Assembly (NCBI GenBank): GCA_035541435.1
Contig: DATKNL010000010.1
Location: forward strand, 94,477 to 158,476
Source: Minisyncoccota bacterium
GTDB lineage: Bacteria; Patescibacteriota; Minisyncoccia; UBA6257; 2-01-FULL-56-20
Direction of reading: 5' to 3'
Length of the DNA stretch: 64,000 bases
The notes beneath the pieces were generated by a model. That model had not been told where the DNA came from, did not search any database, and was given only the letters and a program-made list of their open reading frames with translations. Shown here piece after piece: positions 28,123 to 38,179 of the stretch; the first letter of the stretch is position 1, and each line of letters opens with the position of its first letter. Both the position numbers and the translations under genes were made by a program.

Positions 28123-29076
28123 CTAGCGCTCTGCTTTTGTGGTGGTGGGAGCAAGAATCATGTAGCCGCCCTGCTTGCCTTGGACGAGGAACGCGTCCGG
28201 GCAATGGCCGATGTCCTCGGCGACCTTCGCGTTGCCGTCATCCGCCGTTCGGATCGGTCCGATAAAGCTTTTGTCCGGGCAGGCGATGCTCACCCAGCCG
28301 TCGCTCCTATCGATGACCGCGAATTCGCCTTCCCAGGAAGCATGGTATTCGTTTCTGAATCCATCCTCTTGATAAGCGACCTTCTCTTTCGGTTCCGTAA
28401 GATCATACTGGTTGCGCCCGTCTGCGATCTTCGGGCTGAAGCCGCGAGGAGCGGCGTCGCCGATGAACGTCCAGACGAAGAGAGCGGCAGTTGCGGCAAC
28501 AAGCGGGCCGCTGATCCAGATGTTCCTCATCGTCTTTGTCCACACGATCATCAGGATGACGAAGCCGAGGACGATCGTGTGGAATATCATGGTTGTCCAA
28601 GAGGCGTCTTTCGTCGCATTGAACCCGAAGCCTAGCCAAAGAGCCAGACAGAAGATGATTTCCCCGAGAAGGATGAATCCCCATATGCCGAAAATCCTGC
28701 GAGCCAAGGCCTGAGTCACCAGTGCCGCGGTGCGCAATTTTTTCGGCAGTTCCGCCAGGATTCGGGAATCATCCGAAAACCGCAGGATTGCGATGATTCC
28801 GATGAGGCCGAGGGGTCTGACCTTCAGCCAGATGACCCAGGCGATTACGGCGAATACCGTGATCGTCAACACCGGAACCAGCTTGAAAGCCGCGTCTCGA
28901 TCCAAGCAACGCTCGATCCAGAGGACGGCCACGGGAAGGAAGAAGATGGCGGCGAAGAGGCGTTCCAACCACAGGTTGACCTCTTCGTACCCTTCGTCCC
29001 TCAGGATGTAGTAATGCTCTCGGACGCTCCGTTTGCCCTCCTGAAGAAATGCCATTGGGTCGAAATCTTCGTCCAT
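28123..29076 (-). CDS. Hypothetical multi-pass membrane protein
   Basis: About five TM helices plus a soluble C-terminus; AGGAGG precedes the ATG. Confidence 0.7.
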   Translation of the reverse strand: MDEDFDPMAFLQEGKRSVREHYYILRDEGYEEVNLWLERLFAAIFFLPVAVLWIERCLDRDAAFKLVPVLTITVFAVIAWVIWLKVRPLGLIGIIAILRFSDDSRILAELPKKLRTAALVTQALARRIFGIWGFILLGEIIFCLALWLGFGFNATKDASWTTMIFHTIVLGFVILMIVWTKTMRNIWISGPLVAATAALFVWTFIGDAAPRGFSPKIADGRNQYDLTEPKEKVAYQEDGFRNEYHASWEGEFAVIDRSDGWVSIACPDKSFIGPIRTADDGNAKVAEDIGHCPDAFLVQGKQGGYMILAPTTTKAER

Positions 29077-29085
29077 AATCCCTCC

Positions 29086-29760
29086 TTACCTGCTGCGGCT
29101 AAGGCGCCGCGTTTCGAGCATGTCGTTGTGGTTCCGCATCCTGACCGTGAGTCGCGCGAGCGACCTTTTCATTCCTTCGAATTCGCTTTGGGCGCTTTTT
29201 TTCGCCTTTTCGAAATCGATGTGAACCAGGCTCGGATTTGTCGTGCCGTTCTGCGGATGATCGGGTATCTTGCACGCTGCGTGTTCCGCTTCGAGCTGGG
29301 CCTTGATGAACTTGAGCAGCTCGATTCTGACGCAGAACTCCTTTTTGATCTTATCGAGTTCCGCAGCAGGATCGCTTGCTTTCGTGATCCGTACCGCGGC
29401 GGCCGCATAGAAGTCCTTGATCCAGTCGCCATCGGAGGATTCAAGATGCTTCATGACCTCGGTCGTCTGCACGGCCGGTTTGTGTCCCAGTGCCAGCGCG
29501 ACAGCTTTGAGGAAGTCCGTAAAGATTTCCAGGCCGCCAGACAGGATGGGGTTACTTATGTCGTCTGCGGTGCCCTCGATCCTTCCCGAAAGAAGCCCTA
29601 TCGCACGACCGAATAGTCTCGATCGGGTCCAGTGCCCTTCGGGAATGAAGTTGCTGATATATTCAGCAAGCCTGTCGATCTCGGGATCCGCCAAGCCGAG
29701 CAACTCCAACGTCATCGTTCTCCGTCGGGAAAACTTCGGATCGATTTCCGGATTTGCCAT
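29086..29760 (-). CDS. Hypothetical helical protein
   Basis: 224-aa ORF, GGAGG precedes the ATG, TTGACA promoter at about 29795-29824. Confidence 0.7.
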   Translation of the reverse strand: MANPEIDPKFSRRRTMTLELLGLADPEIDRLAEYISNFIPEGHWTRSRLFGRAIGLLSGRIEGTADDISNPILSGGLEIFTDFLKAVALALGHKPAVQTTEVMKHLESSDGDWIKDFYAAAAVRITKASDPAAELDKIKKEFCVRIELLKFIKAQLEAEHAACKIPDHPQNGTTNPSLVHIDFEKAKKSAQSEFEGMKRSLARLTVRMRNHNDMLETRRLSRSR

Positions 29761-29855
29761 GATTTATCCCTCCACCATTATCAATGGTCTGGCAATATAA
29801 TATCATTAATTTTTATATTTGTCAAAATCACCGAAACCACTTAGAATGAAGGCGC

Positions 29856-29939
29856 GCTGGGGTGGTGAAATGGCAGACACGCAAGGTTTAGGACCTTGTG
29901 CCGCAAGGCGTGTGGGTTCAAGTCCCACCCCCAGCACCA
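29856..29939 (+). tRNA. tRNA-Leu(TAG)
   Basis: GCTGGGG/CCCCAGC-ACCA, CAAGG-TTTAGGA-CCTTG, long variable arm, GTGGG-TTCAAGT-CCCAC. Confidence 0.95.
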
Positions 29940-29942
29940 GAG

Positions 29943-30094
29943 ATTTATTTTCCCCAAGAAAGGGTCGGCTCGTTTTCTGCTGAAAACGGCCTACGCCTCC
30001 GCGCCTTCGCGCGTCCGGCATACCCTTTCTTGGGGAAAATAAATACTCTTCTGTTTTGGGTGGGGCTTGTACGAGTGGAGGGGGGTCGGGGAAC
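29943..30094 (+). repeat. Structured element after tRNA-Leu (23-bp perfect IR, two internal hairpins, inverted T-arm copy)
   Basis: IR 29943-29965/30022-30044; GGGTGGGGCTTGTAC at 30058-30072; GGAGGGGGGTCGGGGAAC, nearly identical to 63670-63686. Confidence 0.8.
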
Positions 30095-30139
30095 TCGGCA
30101 CCGCTTTAAATGCCTGCAAAGAAGCGCTAAACTGAATGC

Positions 30140-31231
30140 ATGTCCATCATCGAGGACCGGCAGAAGATCAGACAGGAAGCTGAACGCGCGAAGCGGCAGA
30201 CGGAACAGCGCGGCGAGACGGTCGAGCAGGCGCCTGTTTTCGACCCGACCCTTCAGGAAATCCTGAGCAACCCGGAAGAGAGCCAGCTCTTCGGCTCCTA
30301 TCTTGAGCACGAAAAGAAGGGCGATCTCGGCGCGCGTCTTGCGAAGAACGAGCTTAAGCCCGAGGATCTCGAGGCGCTGGAATCGGACCGGGTGCAGTTC
30401 GTAAAGAGACTCGAGGCCGCAAAACGGATGGAGGGGCATTTTGCCGAAAGCGCGATCCAGAAGCTTGTCGATGCGTCGCCGCGCTTCAGGAAGATCGCAA
30501 ACGTTGTCGGCGTGAAGAACGTCAGCGAGGCATTCACCAAGCACCTCGTGGAGCTGTCGGTCGCGGAACCTCACGAATTCATGCAGATCGAGCGTGCCAT
30601 AACCCGGCTCATCGAGCGTCAGAAACGCGAAGAGCGGCTGCAGAAGGAGATCGTGGAGATCTGCCGAAAATATAAAATACCCAGCGTGCGCGAATATCTC
30701 AAGGCCGTCGACTCCGACGATCCCGAGGCGCTCAAGAAGCTGGTTGCGAAATCGATGGGTCGGCTTGAGCGATTCGTCAAAGGAAGGTCCGGAGAGCTTG
30801 AGGAAGAAGTGAAGGCGGCGAACAAGCGCGCGAAACTCGACAGCCTCGAAGCCTGGGCGAAGGACGATCTTGAGGAGGTGGGACGGCTGCTCAGCATCTC
30901 CCTCACGAACAACGACAGACTTCGGTCGACGTTGGTGTCGTTCTCAAAAAAAGAAGACGTTCTCGCGAAATCTCCCGTAGCGACCTTCAGGGATGTGCGA
31001 ATCGCCGAAGAGGCGTGGGAATCGCTTTCAGAAGAAGAGGTCGGCGAAGCGTGGGAAACCTATAAGAAAGAGCGTCCTGCGATGACCGACGTGAAAAAGG
31101 AAAAGGAAGGGTTCTGGAAGGTGTTTGCGCGAAGGAGCGGCTTCGGTGCAAAGAGCGGATTCTGGAGCGATGTCGCGACCATGACCGGCGCCGCGTCGCT
31201 TGCAGGTCGGTTCGAATCAAAACTTAACTGA
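30140..31231 (+). CDS. Hypothetical charged helical protein
   Basis: 363-aa E/K-rich ORF. Confidence 0.75.
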   Translation: MSIIEDRQKIRQEAERAKRQTEQRGETVEQAPVFDPTLQEILSNPEESQLFGSYLEHEKKGDLGARLAKNELKPEDLEALESDRVQFVKRLEAAKRMEGHFAESAIQKLVDASPRFRKIANVVGVKNVSEAFTKHLVELSVAEPHEFMQIERAITRLIERQKREERLQKEIVEICRKYKIPSVREYLKAVDSDDPEALKKLVAKSMGRLERFVKGRSGELEEEVKAANKRAKLDSLEAWAKDDLEEVGRLLSISLTNNDRLRSTLVSFSKKEDVLAKSPVATFRDVRIAEEAWESLSEEEVGEAWETYKKERPAMTDVKKEKEGFWKVFARRSGFGAKSGFWSDVATMTGAASLAGRFESKLN

Positions 31232-31239
31232 ACGCATCC

Positions 31240-31521
31240 ATGACGAACGACATCGTTGAAAGACTGCAGGAGGTCGTCGCGGCCGGCGACGAAGCCGCCG
31301 CGCGGGAGTTCGTGATGCAGCACCTTCACGAGTTTTCCGATGAGGACCGCCGCGCGATCATCGTGAGCCTGGCGACCGAAGCGCTATCCCGCGACGCTGA
31401 GGAGATCGACGGCCTGCTTTCGCTGCAGGAAAACGGCGTGAAGACGGTCCATGCGCTCGAGAAGATCCAGGAGAAGATCGACGACAAGCGCCGGCTGCTC
31501 GATATCAAGGAATCGATTTAG
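31240..31521 (+). CDS. Hypothetical acidic protein
   Basis: 93-aa ORF with host-like codon usage. Confidence 0.7.
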   Translation: MTNDIVERLQEVVAAGDEAAAREFVMQHLHEFSDEDRRAIIVSLATEALSRDAEEIDGLLSLQENGVKTVHALEKIQEKIDDKRRLLDIKESI

Positions 31522-31540
31522 GATTTGCTGCCGCACCGCG

Positions 31541-32437
31541 TCAGTCCTCCTTGCGCCGCGTGCCGTGGAACGACTTGTGCACGTCCCGCAGCTGCTTGTT
31601 CGTGAGGTGCGTATAGATCTGCGTGGTCGATATGTTCGAGTGGCCGAGCAGCTCCTGCACGGCGCGGATGTCGGCGCCGTTGATCAGGAGGTCGGTCGCG
31701 AAGCTGTGCCGCAGCTGGTGCGCATGGATGCGTTTCGGAATGCCCGCTTCGCGCGCGCGCCGCTCGACGACGCGTTCGACGGCCCGCGTCGTGATCGGGC
31801 CGATGACGTTGCCCATCCGGTCGAGGCTGACGAACAGCTTCTCTTCGGCGTCGGCGCGCCTCGCGAGATATCTCTGCAGCGCATCGCGCGCGGAATCCGA
31901 GATGAAGACGACGCGGAGCTTGTCGCCCTTCCCGCGCACGGTCGCCTCGCCGCGACGGATGTCGATGTAGCGCGAGAGCGAGCAGAGCTCGGCCAGGCGC
32001 AGTCCCGTCGAGAAGAAGAGCTCGAGGATCGCCTTGTCGCGCAGCGACCGCAGGTCGTTGCCCTTCGGGGCCGCAAGCAGCCGCTCGAGGTCGGCATATT
32101 CCAGAACGTCGATCTGCCGGGCCGGCGCCTTGGGCAGCTCGATCTTCTCGGCGGCGAGCGCCTTCACGTTGCGCTTCGCGAGATATTTGAGGAAGTTCCG
32201 AAGCGCGATGACGTAATAGCCCTGCGTCACCTTCTTGAGCTCGCGGCGCGCAAGGGCCTTGCGGAATTCGGTGACGAGCGACTCGGTGATGTCCTTGGCG
32301 GAGCGGATATCGGCGAACGTCAGGAACTCCTTGAGGTAGTGGCGATAGTTCTCGCTCGTCTTCGGCGAGCGATTCTTCTCGACTTCAAGGTAGTTGAGGT
32401 AGTCCTGAAAGAGCTGTTCGATTTCGCTTGATGCCAT
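31541..32437 (-). CDS. Tyrosine recombinase XerC/XerD family
   Basis: TGLRLAEL, RGKGDKLR, HAHQLRHSFAT, LLGHSNISTTQIYTH. Confidence 0.95.
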   Translation of the reverse strand: MASSEIEQLFQDYLNYLEVEKNRSPKTSENYRHYLKEFLTFADIRSAKDITESLVTEFRKALARRELKKVTQGYYVIALRNFLKYLAKRNVKALAAEKIELPKAPARQIDVLEYADLERLLAAPKGNDLRSLRDKAILELFFSTGLRLAELCSLSRYIDIRRGEATVRGKGDKLRVVFISDSARDALQRYLARRADAEEKLFVSLDRMGNVIGPITTRAVERVVERRAREAGIPKRIHAHQLRHSFATDLLINGADIRAVQELLGHSNISTTQIYTHLTNKQLRDVHKSFHGTRRKED

Positions 32438-32578
32438 TCCCTTATTATACGCCATCTGTCGCACAATATTTGAGCGATTTTATGACGTTTTCATGATCGG
32501 CGGGGAATGAAGCGAAATCGCGGGTCGGAGGGCACGGGGACTTGCATTTTTCTGAATCACGGGATATAATAGCTTGTA

Positions 32579-32845
32579 ATGTTGACTAAGCGCGTAAAGA
32601 CCCGCATCGTCGGCGAACATGGCAAGCACGACAAGGACACCGGTTCCGCCGGGGTTCAGATCGGCATCATTTCCCGCCAGATCGACGAGCTCGCGACCCA
32701 TCTGAAGAAGAATCCCAAAGACAACCACTCCCGCCGTGGCCTGTTGAAGATGGTTTCGAAGCGCCGCAAGCTCCTTGCCTACATGAAGAAGACCGAGGCG
32801 TCTTCCTATGAAAAGTTGATTAAAAAACTCGACCTCAAGCGCTAA
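32579..32845 (+). CDS. rpsO: 30S ribosomal protein S15
   Basis: DTGSAGVQI, KDNHSRRGLLKMVSKRRKLLAY. Confidence 0.97.
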   Translation: MLTKRVKTRIVGEHGKHDKDTGSAGVQIGIISRQIDELATHLKKNPKDNHSRRGLLKMVSKRRKLLAYMKKTEASSYEKLIKKLDLKR

Positions 32846-32868
32846 GCGACGCATTTCGTTTTTGTGAA

Positions 32869-33549
32869 GTGAAGCAGGCTCCTCCCAATTATTCAAATCA
32901 GCGCGTCGGGATCTTCGTGGACGTGCAGAACCTCTATCATTCCGCGAAGAACCTTCATCACGCCCGCGTGAATTACGCCGAGTTGATGAAGCACCTTGTC
33001 GGCGACCGGCAGCTTATCCGGGCGCTCGCTTATGTTATCAAGAGCGAGGGCATCGAACCCCCGCGTTCGGGCGGCGCTTCGCGTCAGGGATCGGCGATGT
33101 CAGCCGCGGCCGCCCAGCATGAGCGCGACGCAGCGGCGCAGCAGAACGGCGTCGGCCAGGGTTCGTCCGAGGCGGGATTCTTCGAGGCGCTCGAAAAGGC
33201 GGGCCTCGAGCTTCGCATGAAGGACCTGCAGATCTTCGCGGGCGGCATGAAGAAGGCCGACTGGGATGTCGGCATGGCGGTTGACGCGATCCGCATGTCG
33301 CCGTTCCTTGACGCGGTGATCCTCGTGACGGGTGACGGTGATTTTCTGCCCCTGGTCGATTACCTCAAGTGGGGGGCGGGACGGCTGGTCGAGGTTGCGG
33401 CGTTTCGCCGGAGCGCATCGGCGAAGATCCAGGAAGCCGCGGACAAGTTCATCAACATCGAGGACGTGCCCCGGGCCATCATGAAGAGCGGACGCATGCA
33501 CGGGCACGGATCGATGAAGCAGACAGGGACAACGAAGCAAACAAACTAA
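32869..33549 (+). CDS. NYN (LabA/DUF88) domain protein
   Basis: IFVDVQNL, KKADWDVGMAVD, LVTGDGDF. Confidence 0.9.
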   Translation: MKQAPPNYSNQRVGIFVDVQNLYHSAKNLHHARVNYAELMKHLVGDRQLIRALAYVIKSEGIEPPRSGGASRQGSAMSAAAAQHERDAAAQQNGVGQGSSEAGFFEALEKAGLELRMKDLQIFAGGMKKADWDVGMAVDAIRMSPFLDAVILVTGDGDFLPLVDYLKWGAGRLVEVAAFRRSASAKIQEAADKFINIEDVPRAIMKSGRMHGHGSMKQTGTTKQTN

Positions 33550-33554
33550 TCGAC

Positions 33555-33647
33555 GCACGGAAAGAGGCGGTCATTTTGAGCCTTGCGACGCGAGAACGGC
33601 GTCTCGCTCCCAGGGCTCAGGATGACAGCTGCCTCTGTCGCTCGTGC
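33555..33647 (+). promoter_or_regulatory. Long hairpin in the pnp leader
   Basis: AGAGGCGG-TCATTTTGAGCCTTG pairs with CAGGGCTCAGGATGAC-AGCTGCCTCT. Confidence 0.55.
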
Positions 33648-33660
33648 TCATAATCAAATA

Positions 33661-35802
33661 ATGAAAGGAAAGAAGGAGTTTTCGATTGACATCGCGGGCA
33701 AGAAGCTCGTGATCGAGGTTTCGTCGCTCGCCGAACAGGCGAACGCCGCCGTCCTCGCGAAATACGGCGAGACGGTGATCCTCGCGACCGCCGTCATGGG
33801 CCGCAAGGACACCGAGTCGGACTACATGCCGCTCAAGGTGGACTACGAGGAGAAGTTCTATGCCGCAGGCAAGATCCTGGGCAGCCGCTACGTGCGCCGC
33901 GAGGGGCGCGCCTCGGAAGAGGCGATCCTCGCCGGACGCCTCGTCGACCGGACGATCCGGCCGCTTTTTGACAACCGCATCAGGCGCGACATCCAGGTCG
34001 TCGTCACCGTGCTGCAGATCGACGAGCAGAACGAGCCGGAATTCGTCGGCCTGATCGGCGCCTCGACCGCGCTCCTCATCTCGGACATCCCGTGGAACGG
34101 TCCGGTCGCCGGGGTGAGGCTCGCGCAGTTCATGAAGGACGCGAACGTCGCCGGTGCGAGCGCCGAAGGATTCCTCGCGAATCCCGATAACGCGGCGATC
34201 ACCGAGCATCAGCCGGTCTTCGACGCGTTCGTTTCCGGATCGAAGGACCGCATCAACATGATCGAGCTCGGCGGCCTCGACGCGCAGGAGAAGGACATCC
34301 TCGCGGGCATCGCCTATGCGCAGCGCGAGATCAACAAGCTCGTGGACTTCCAGCTCGGCATCCAGAAGGAGATCGGCAAGAAGAAGGCCGAGGTCTTCCT
34401 CGCCGAGCCCGATCCGGAGCTCAAGAAGGCCGTCGAGGCCTATCTGGCCGACAAGCTCGAAGCGGCCGTCTACCGTCCGAGCAAGATGGAGGAGCAGCAT
34501 GCGGTCACCGCGCTGCGCAACGACCTCACCGCCCATATCAAGGCGACGTTCGTCGAGGCGGGCAAGGCGGTGAACTGGAAGGCCGTCGAATTCATCATTG
34601 AAGAGGCGATCAACGACCTCGTCCATAAGAACGTGCTCGAGAAGGAGCGCCGTCCCGACGGGCGCAAGCTCGACGAGGTCCGAGCGCTCGACGCCGAAGT
34701 GAAGCTGTTCTCGCGCACCCACGGCTCCGCGTTCTTCACGCGCGGCAACACCCAGGCGCTTGCGATCACGACCCTTGCGGCTCCGGGTTCCGAACAGCTC
34801 GTCGAGACGATGGAGACGACCGGCAAGCGCCGGTTCCTGCTGCACTACAACTTCCCGCCGTTCTCGGTGGGCGAAGTGGGGAATTTCCGCGGTCCCGGGC
34901 GGCGCGAAATCGGCCACGGCAACCTGGCGCGCAAGTCGCTTGAGCGCCTGATCCCCGAGAAGGACGAGTTCCCCTATACGATCCGCATCGTTTCGGAAAT
35001 CATGTCGTCGAACGGCTCGTCGTCGATGGCCACCGTGTGCGCGTCGGCGCTTTCGATGATGGACGCGGGCGTTCCGCTCAAGAAGCCGGCCGCCGGCATC
35101 GCGATGGGCCTCATGATGAGCGACGTGAAGAACTTCAAGGTGCTGACCGACATCCAGGGTCCCGAAGACCATCATGGCGACATGGACCTCAAGGTCGCCG
35201 GCACCGATGACGGCGTGACCGGCATGCAGATGGACGTCAAAGTGGACGGCCTCACGCTCGAGATCCTCGAGCAGGGACTCGCGGACGCCCGCAAGGCCCG
35301 GCTTCACATCCTGAAGACGGTGAAGGCGGCCCTTCCGGCGCCTCGCGAAACGCTCTCGCCCTTCGTCCCGAAGATCAGGACCCTCAGGATCAGCGTCGAC
35401 AAGATCGGCGCGGTCATCGGTCCGGGCGGCAAGGTCATCAACGGCCTCATCGAGAAATACGCGCTCTCGGGCATCGACATCGACGACGATGGCGGCGTGT
35501 TCATCTCGGGCATGGACCTCGACAACGTGAACAAGGCGGCGTCCGACATCCAGTCGATCACCCGCGAGTTCAAGGTGGGCGAGATCATCGAAGGGAACAT
35601 CATCAAGATCCTCGAGTTCGGCGCGATCGTCGACCTCGGCGGCGGCAAGGACGGCATGATTCACGTCTCGGAACTCAAACAGGGATTCGTGAAGAAGGTT
35701 GAGGACGTCGTGAAGCTTGGCGACTTTGTCCGTGCGAAGATCATCAAGGTTGATGAGGACGGCGGGCGCATCGGCCTTTCGCTGAAGCAGATGGGGAATT
35801 AG
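33661..35802 (+). CDS. pnp: Polyribonucleotide nucleotidyltransferase
   Basis: RLVDRTIRPLF, RREIGHG, SNGSSSMA, DHHGDMD, KH and S1 domains. Confidence 0.98.
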   Translation: MKGKKEFSIDIAGKKLVIEVSSLAEQANAAVLAKYGETVILATAVMGRKDTESDYMPLKVDYEEKFYAAGKILGSRYVRREGRASEEAILAGRLVDRTIRPLFDNRIRRDIQVVVTVLQIDEQNEPEFVGLIGASTALLISDIPWNGPVAGVRLAQFMKDANVAGASAEGFLANPDNAAITEHQPVFDAFVSGSKDRINMIELGGLDAQEKDILAGIAYAQREINKLVDFQLGIQKEIGKKKAEVFLAEPDPELKKAVEAYLADKLEAAVYRPSKMEEQHAVTALRNDLTAHIKATFVEAGKAVNWKAVEFIIEEAINDLVHKNVLEKERRPDGRKLDEVRALDAEVKLFSRTHGSAFFTRGNTQALAITTLAAPGSEQLVETMETTGKRRFLLHYNFPPFSVGEVGNFRGPGRREIGHGNLARKSLERLIPEKDEFPYTIRIVSEIMSSNGSSSMATVCASALSMMDAGVPLKKPAAGIAMGLMMSDVKNFKVLTDIQGPEDHHGDMDLKVAGTDDGVTGMQMDVKVDGLTLEILEQGLADARKARLHILKTVKAALPAPRETLSPFVPKIRTLRISVDKIGAVIGPGGKVINGLIEKYALSGIDIDDDGGVFISGMDLDNVNKAASDIQSITREFKVGEIIEGNIIKILEFGAIVDLGGGKDGMIHVSELKQGFVKKVEDVVKLGDFVRAKIIKVDEDGGRIGLSLKQMGN

Positions 35803-35826
35803 GTTTCGGTGTGATACACTGAGATC

Positions 35827-36123
35827 ATGGTTGACATGCCGTCGCCGGATGCGATGCAGGTCGGCGCTCCGCCGCCTCCATCGGAAGTAAAGATCAGGAC
35901 GATGAAATCGGACCTCGCTGGGCTCGCCGCGAGCGGGGGAGGCATGCCGAAATTCGAAAGCGTGAAAGTGACCGGCTTGTCGATTGAAAAGGGCGTCGAT
36001 ACGCCCGAAGCCGTCCATCGCAGCAACGCGGTGACGATCGTCATTGTGACGATCGTGGCGGCGGTCATCCTGGGGATTTTGGGCTATGTGGCCTATAGGA
36101 TCGCAACGACCGGAAAGATATAA
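35827..36123 (+). CDS. Hypothetical C-terminally anchored protein
   Basis: IRTMKSDL motif, C-terminal TM, -10 element 6 nt upstream. Confidence 0.7.
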   Translation: MVDMPSPDAMQVGAPPPPSEVKIRTMKSDLAGLAASGGGMPKFESVKVTGLSIEKGVDTPEAVHRSNAVTIVIVTIVAAVILGILGYVAYRIATTGKI

Positions 36124-36238
36124 AAAGCGCGAACCATAGTGCCGAAAGGGACGGGTCGTTTTCTGCTGAAAACCCCTCTATCTCGCCGCCTTCGCGGCTC
36201 CGATAAGCCCTTTCGGCACTACGCTTTCGCGCCCTTTT
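36123..36238. repeat. Intergenic copy of the two-hairpin module
   Basis: TAGTGCCGAAAGGG/CCCTTTCGGCACTA enclosing GTTTTC-TGCT-GAAAAC and CCGC-CTTC-GCGG. Confidence 0.8.
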
Positions 36239-36239
36239 G

Positions 36240-37298
36240 TTATTCTTCCGCCGCGTCCGCTCCCCCTGTGACGGTGCCGTTTTTATAAGCCTCAACCACC
36301 TTTTTCTTGAGGGCTTCGAGAAGCTTCTTGTCCTCTTTCAGCTTCAGTCGGGCATTTTCAAAACCGGCGCCGAGGCGTTCGCCTTCGAACGAGAAGCTCG
36401 CCCCCGATTTCTTGACGACGCCGAAATTCACGCCGGCGTTGAGGACGTCGCCTTCGAACGAGATGCCTTCGTTGAACAGGATGTCGAATTCGGCGAACTT
36501 GAAGGGCGCCGCGACTTTGTTCTTCACGATCTTCGCCTTCACCCGGTTGCCGACCACCTGGTCGCCTTTCTTCACCTGGGCGATGCGGCGGATGTCGATG
36601 CGGACCGATGCGGCGAAGGGGAGCGCGCGGCCGCCCGGCGTCGTTTCGGGGTTGCCGAACATGATGCCGATCTTCATGCGGATTTGGTTGATGAAGATGA
36701 TCATGGTCTGGCTGTTTGCCGCCGCCGCCGTGAGCTTGCGGAGCGCCTGGCCCATCATGCGCGCCTGCCGGCCGACATGCTGCTCGCCCATTTCGCCTTC
36801 GAGCTCCGCCTGGGGCGTGAGCGCGGCGACGGAGTCGACGACGACGACCGAGATCATGCCCGACCGGACGAGGCTTTCGAGGATGTTGAGCGCCTCTTCG
36901 CCGCTATCGGGTTGCGAGATGAGGAGCTCGTTCACGTTCACGCCGAGCTTCTTCGCATAGTCGGGATCCATCGCGTGTTCCGCGTCGATGAACGCCGCCT
37001 TGCCGCCGAGCTTCTGGGCCTGTGCGACGACATTCAGGGCGAGCGTCGTCTTGCCGCTCGATTCCGGACCGAAGATCTCGACGATGCGGCCGCGCGGCAG
37101 CCCGCCGACGCCGAGGGCGAGGTCGAGGGAAAACGATCCGGTCGGCACGACGGCGACATCGACCTTCGTCACGTCACCGAGCTTCATGATGGCCCCCTCG
37201 CCGAACTTCTCTTGGAGCGAGGAGAGGAGCGCTTCGAGGTCCTTCGACTTGGTTTCTTTCGCCTGCTTCGCGGCGGATGATTTTTTGATGGGTGTCAT
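36240..37298 (-). CDS. recA: Recombinase RecA
   Basis: [38 protein letters not shown]. Confidence 0.99.
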   Translation of the reverse strand: MTPIKKSSAAKQAKETKSKDLEALLSSLQEKFGEGAIMKLGDVTKVDVAVVPTGSFSLDLALGVGGLPRGRIVEIFGPESSGKTTLALNVVAQAQKLGGKAAFIDAEHAMDPDYAKKLGVNVNELLISQPDSGEEALNILESLVRSGMISVVVVDSVAALTPQAELEGEMGEQHVGRQARMMGQALRKLTAAAANSQTMIIFINQIRMKIGIMFGNPETTPGGRALPFAASVRIDIRRIAQVKKGDQVVGNRVKAKIVKNKVAAPFKFAEFDILFNEGISFEGDVLNAGVNFGVVKKSGASFSFEGERLGAGFENARLKLKEDKKLLEALKKKVVEAYKNGTVTGGADAAEE

Positions 37299-37391
37299 AG
37301 GCCTATTATACCAGGGCGATTGTTAAAAACATATTAAAAACCGCAGGCGTATTCCCCTGCGGTTTCCTTTCGGCGGCGGATTCGCGAGTCC

Positions 37392-38117
37392 CTATTCGAA
37401 ATAGGTCCCCGTTGCGGGTGTCGAGCTCTCGAAATGGATGGACGGAGAGGAGCTCGACGTGCCGTTCGTCGGGCCGGAAGGGCTCTCGTACCACACCTGT
37501 TCGGTGATGTCGGTTTCGCCGCCGAGGAACTTCTGCGCCGTGATCTTGAAGGAATTCGGGCCGTCCGTGAGAAGCACGCTTTTCTGCCACGAGCCGTCCG
37601 GGTTTACGGGGATCTGTTCCTGGCTGCCGTTCGCCCCCTGAAGATAGAGGCTGTCGGCATCGCGGACCGTTCCTGCGAGCGTGAGTGGGTTCTGGGTTGC
37701 CGTCGCGGGGTTGCCGGCCGGGAAGGTCACGGCGAGGGTCGGCTTGCCGACGATGCGGGTGAACTGGAACGCAAGATAGATGAGGACGATCACTCCGGCG
37801 CCGACAAGCCACAGGTATTTCGGCGGGGCCATCTTCATGAAGCGGTTGCGCGGGAGCTGGTCGGCTGCGCCCGAATTGCGCGCGCCGCCCTTGAGGCGCT
37901 TCCACCACTCCTCGCCGTCGAAGTCGAGCGTCTTGCCGAGCCGGATGAGGTAGCCCCGGAAATACGGCGCCGCGGGAAGGTTGCCGAAATCGCCGCGGAT
38001 CAGATTTTCAATATGCGAGGGCGCGATCCCCGTGAGGTCGGCGACTTTCTTCAGCGAATACCCCTTGGCCTTGATGCGGTCCGCGAAGAATTGTTCGAAC
38101 GGAATTTCGTCCGGCAT
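37392..38117 (-). CDS. RodZ-like HTH membrane protein with Ig-like domain
   Basis: HTH (SLKKVADLTGI..LPAAPYFRGYL), TM helix, beta-rich C-terminus. Confidence 0.8.
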   Translation of the reverse strand: MPDEIPFEQFFADRIKAKGYSLKKVADLTGIAPSHIENLIRGDFGNLPAAPYFRGYLIRLGKTLDFDGEEWWKRLKGGARNSGAADQLPRNRFMKMAPPKYLWLVGAGVIVLIYLAFQFTRIVGKPTLAVTFPAGNPATATQNPLTLAGTVRDADSLYLQGANGSQEQIPVNPDGSWQKSVLLTDGPNSFKITAQKFLGGETDITEQVWYESPSGPTNGTSSSSPSIHFESSTPATGTYFE

Positions 38118-38179
38118 ATCGTGATTTTAGCACGGGTCGGACGAACGGGCTATCGAGGGACGGCCTTACGCCACCGCGG

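Noticed and set aside
31541-32437. Prophage or integron integrase
   Set aside because: About 298 aa, host-like codons, Xer-like motifs, no evident IntI insertion and core-gene neighbours. A role at the tRNA elements is untested.
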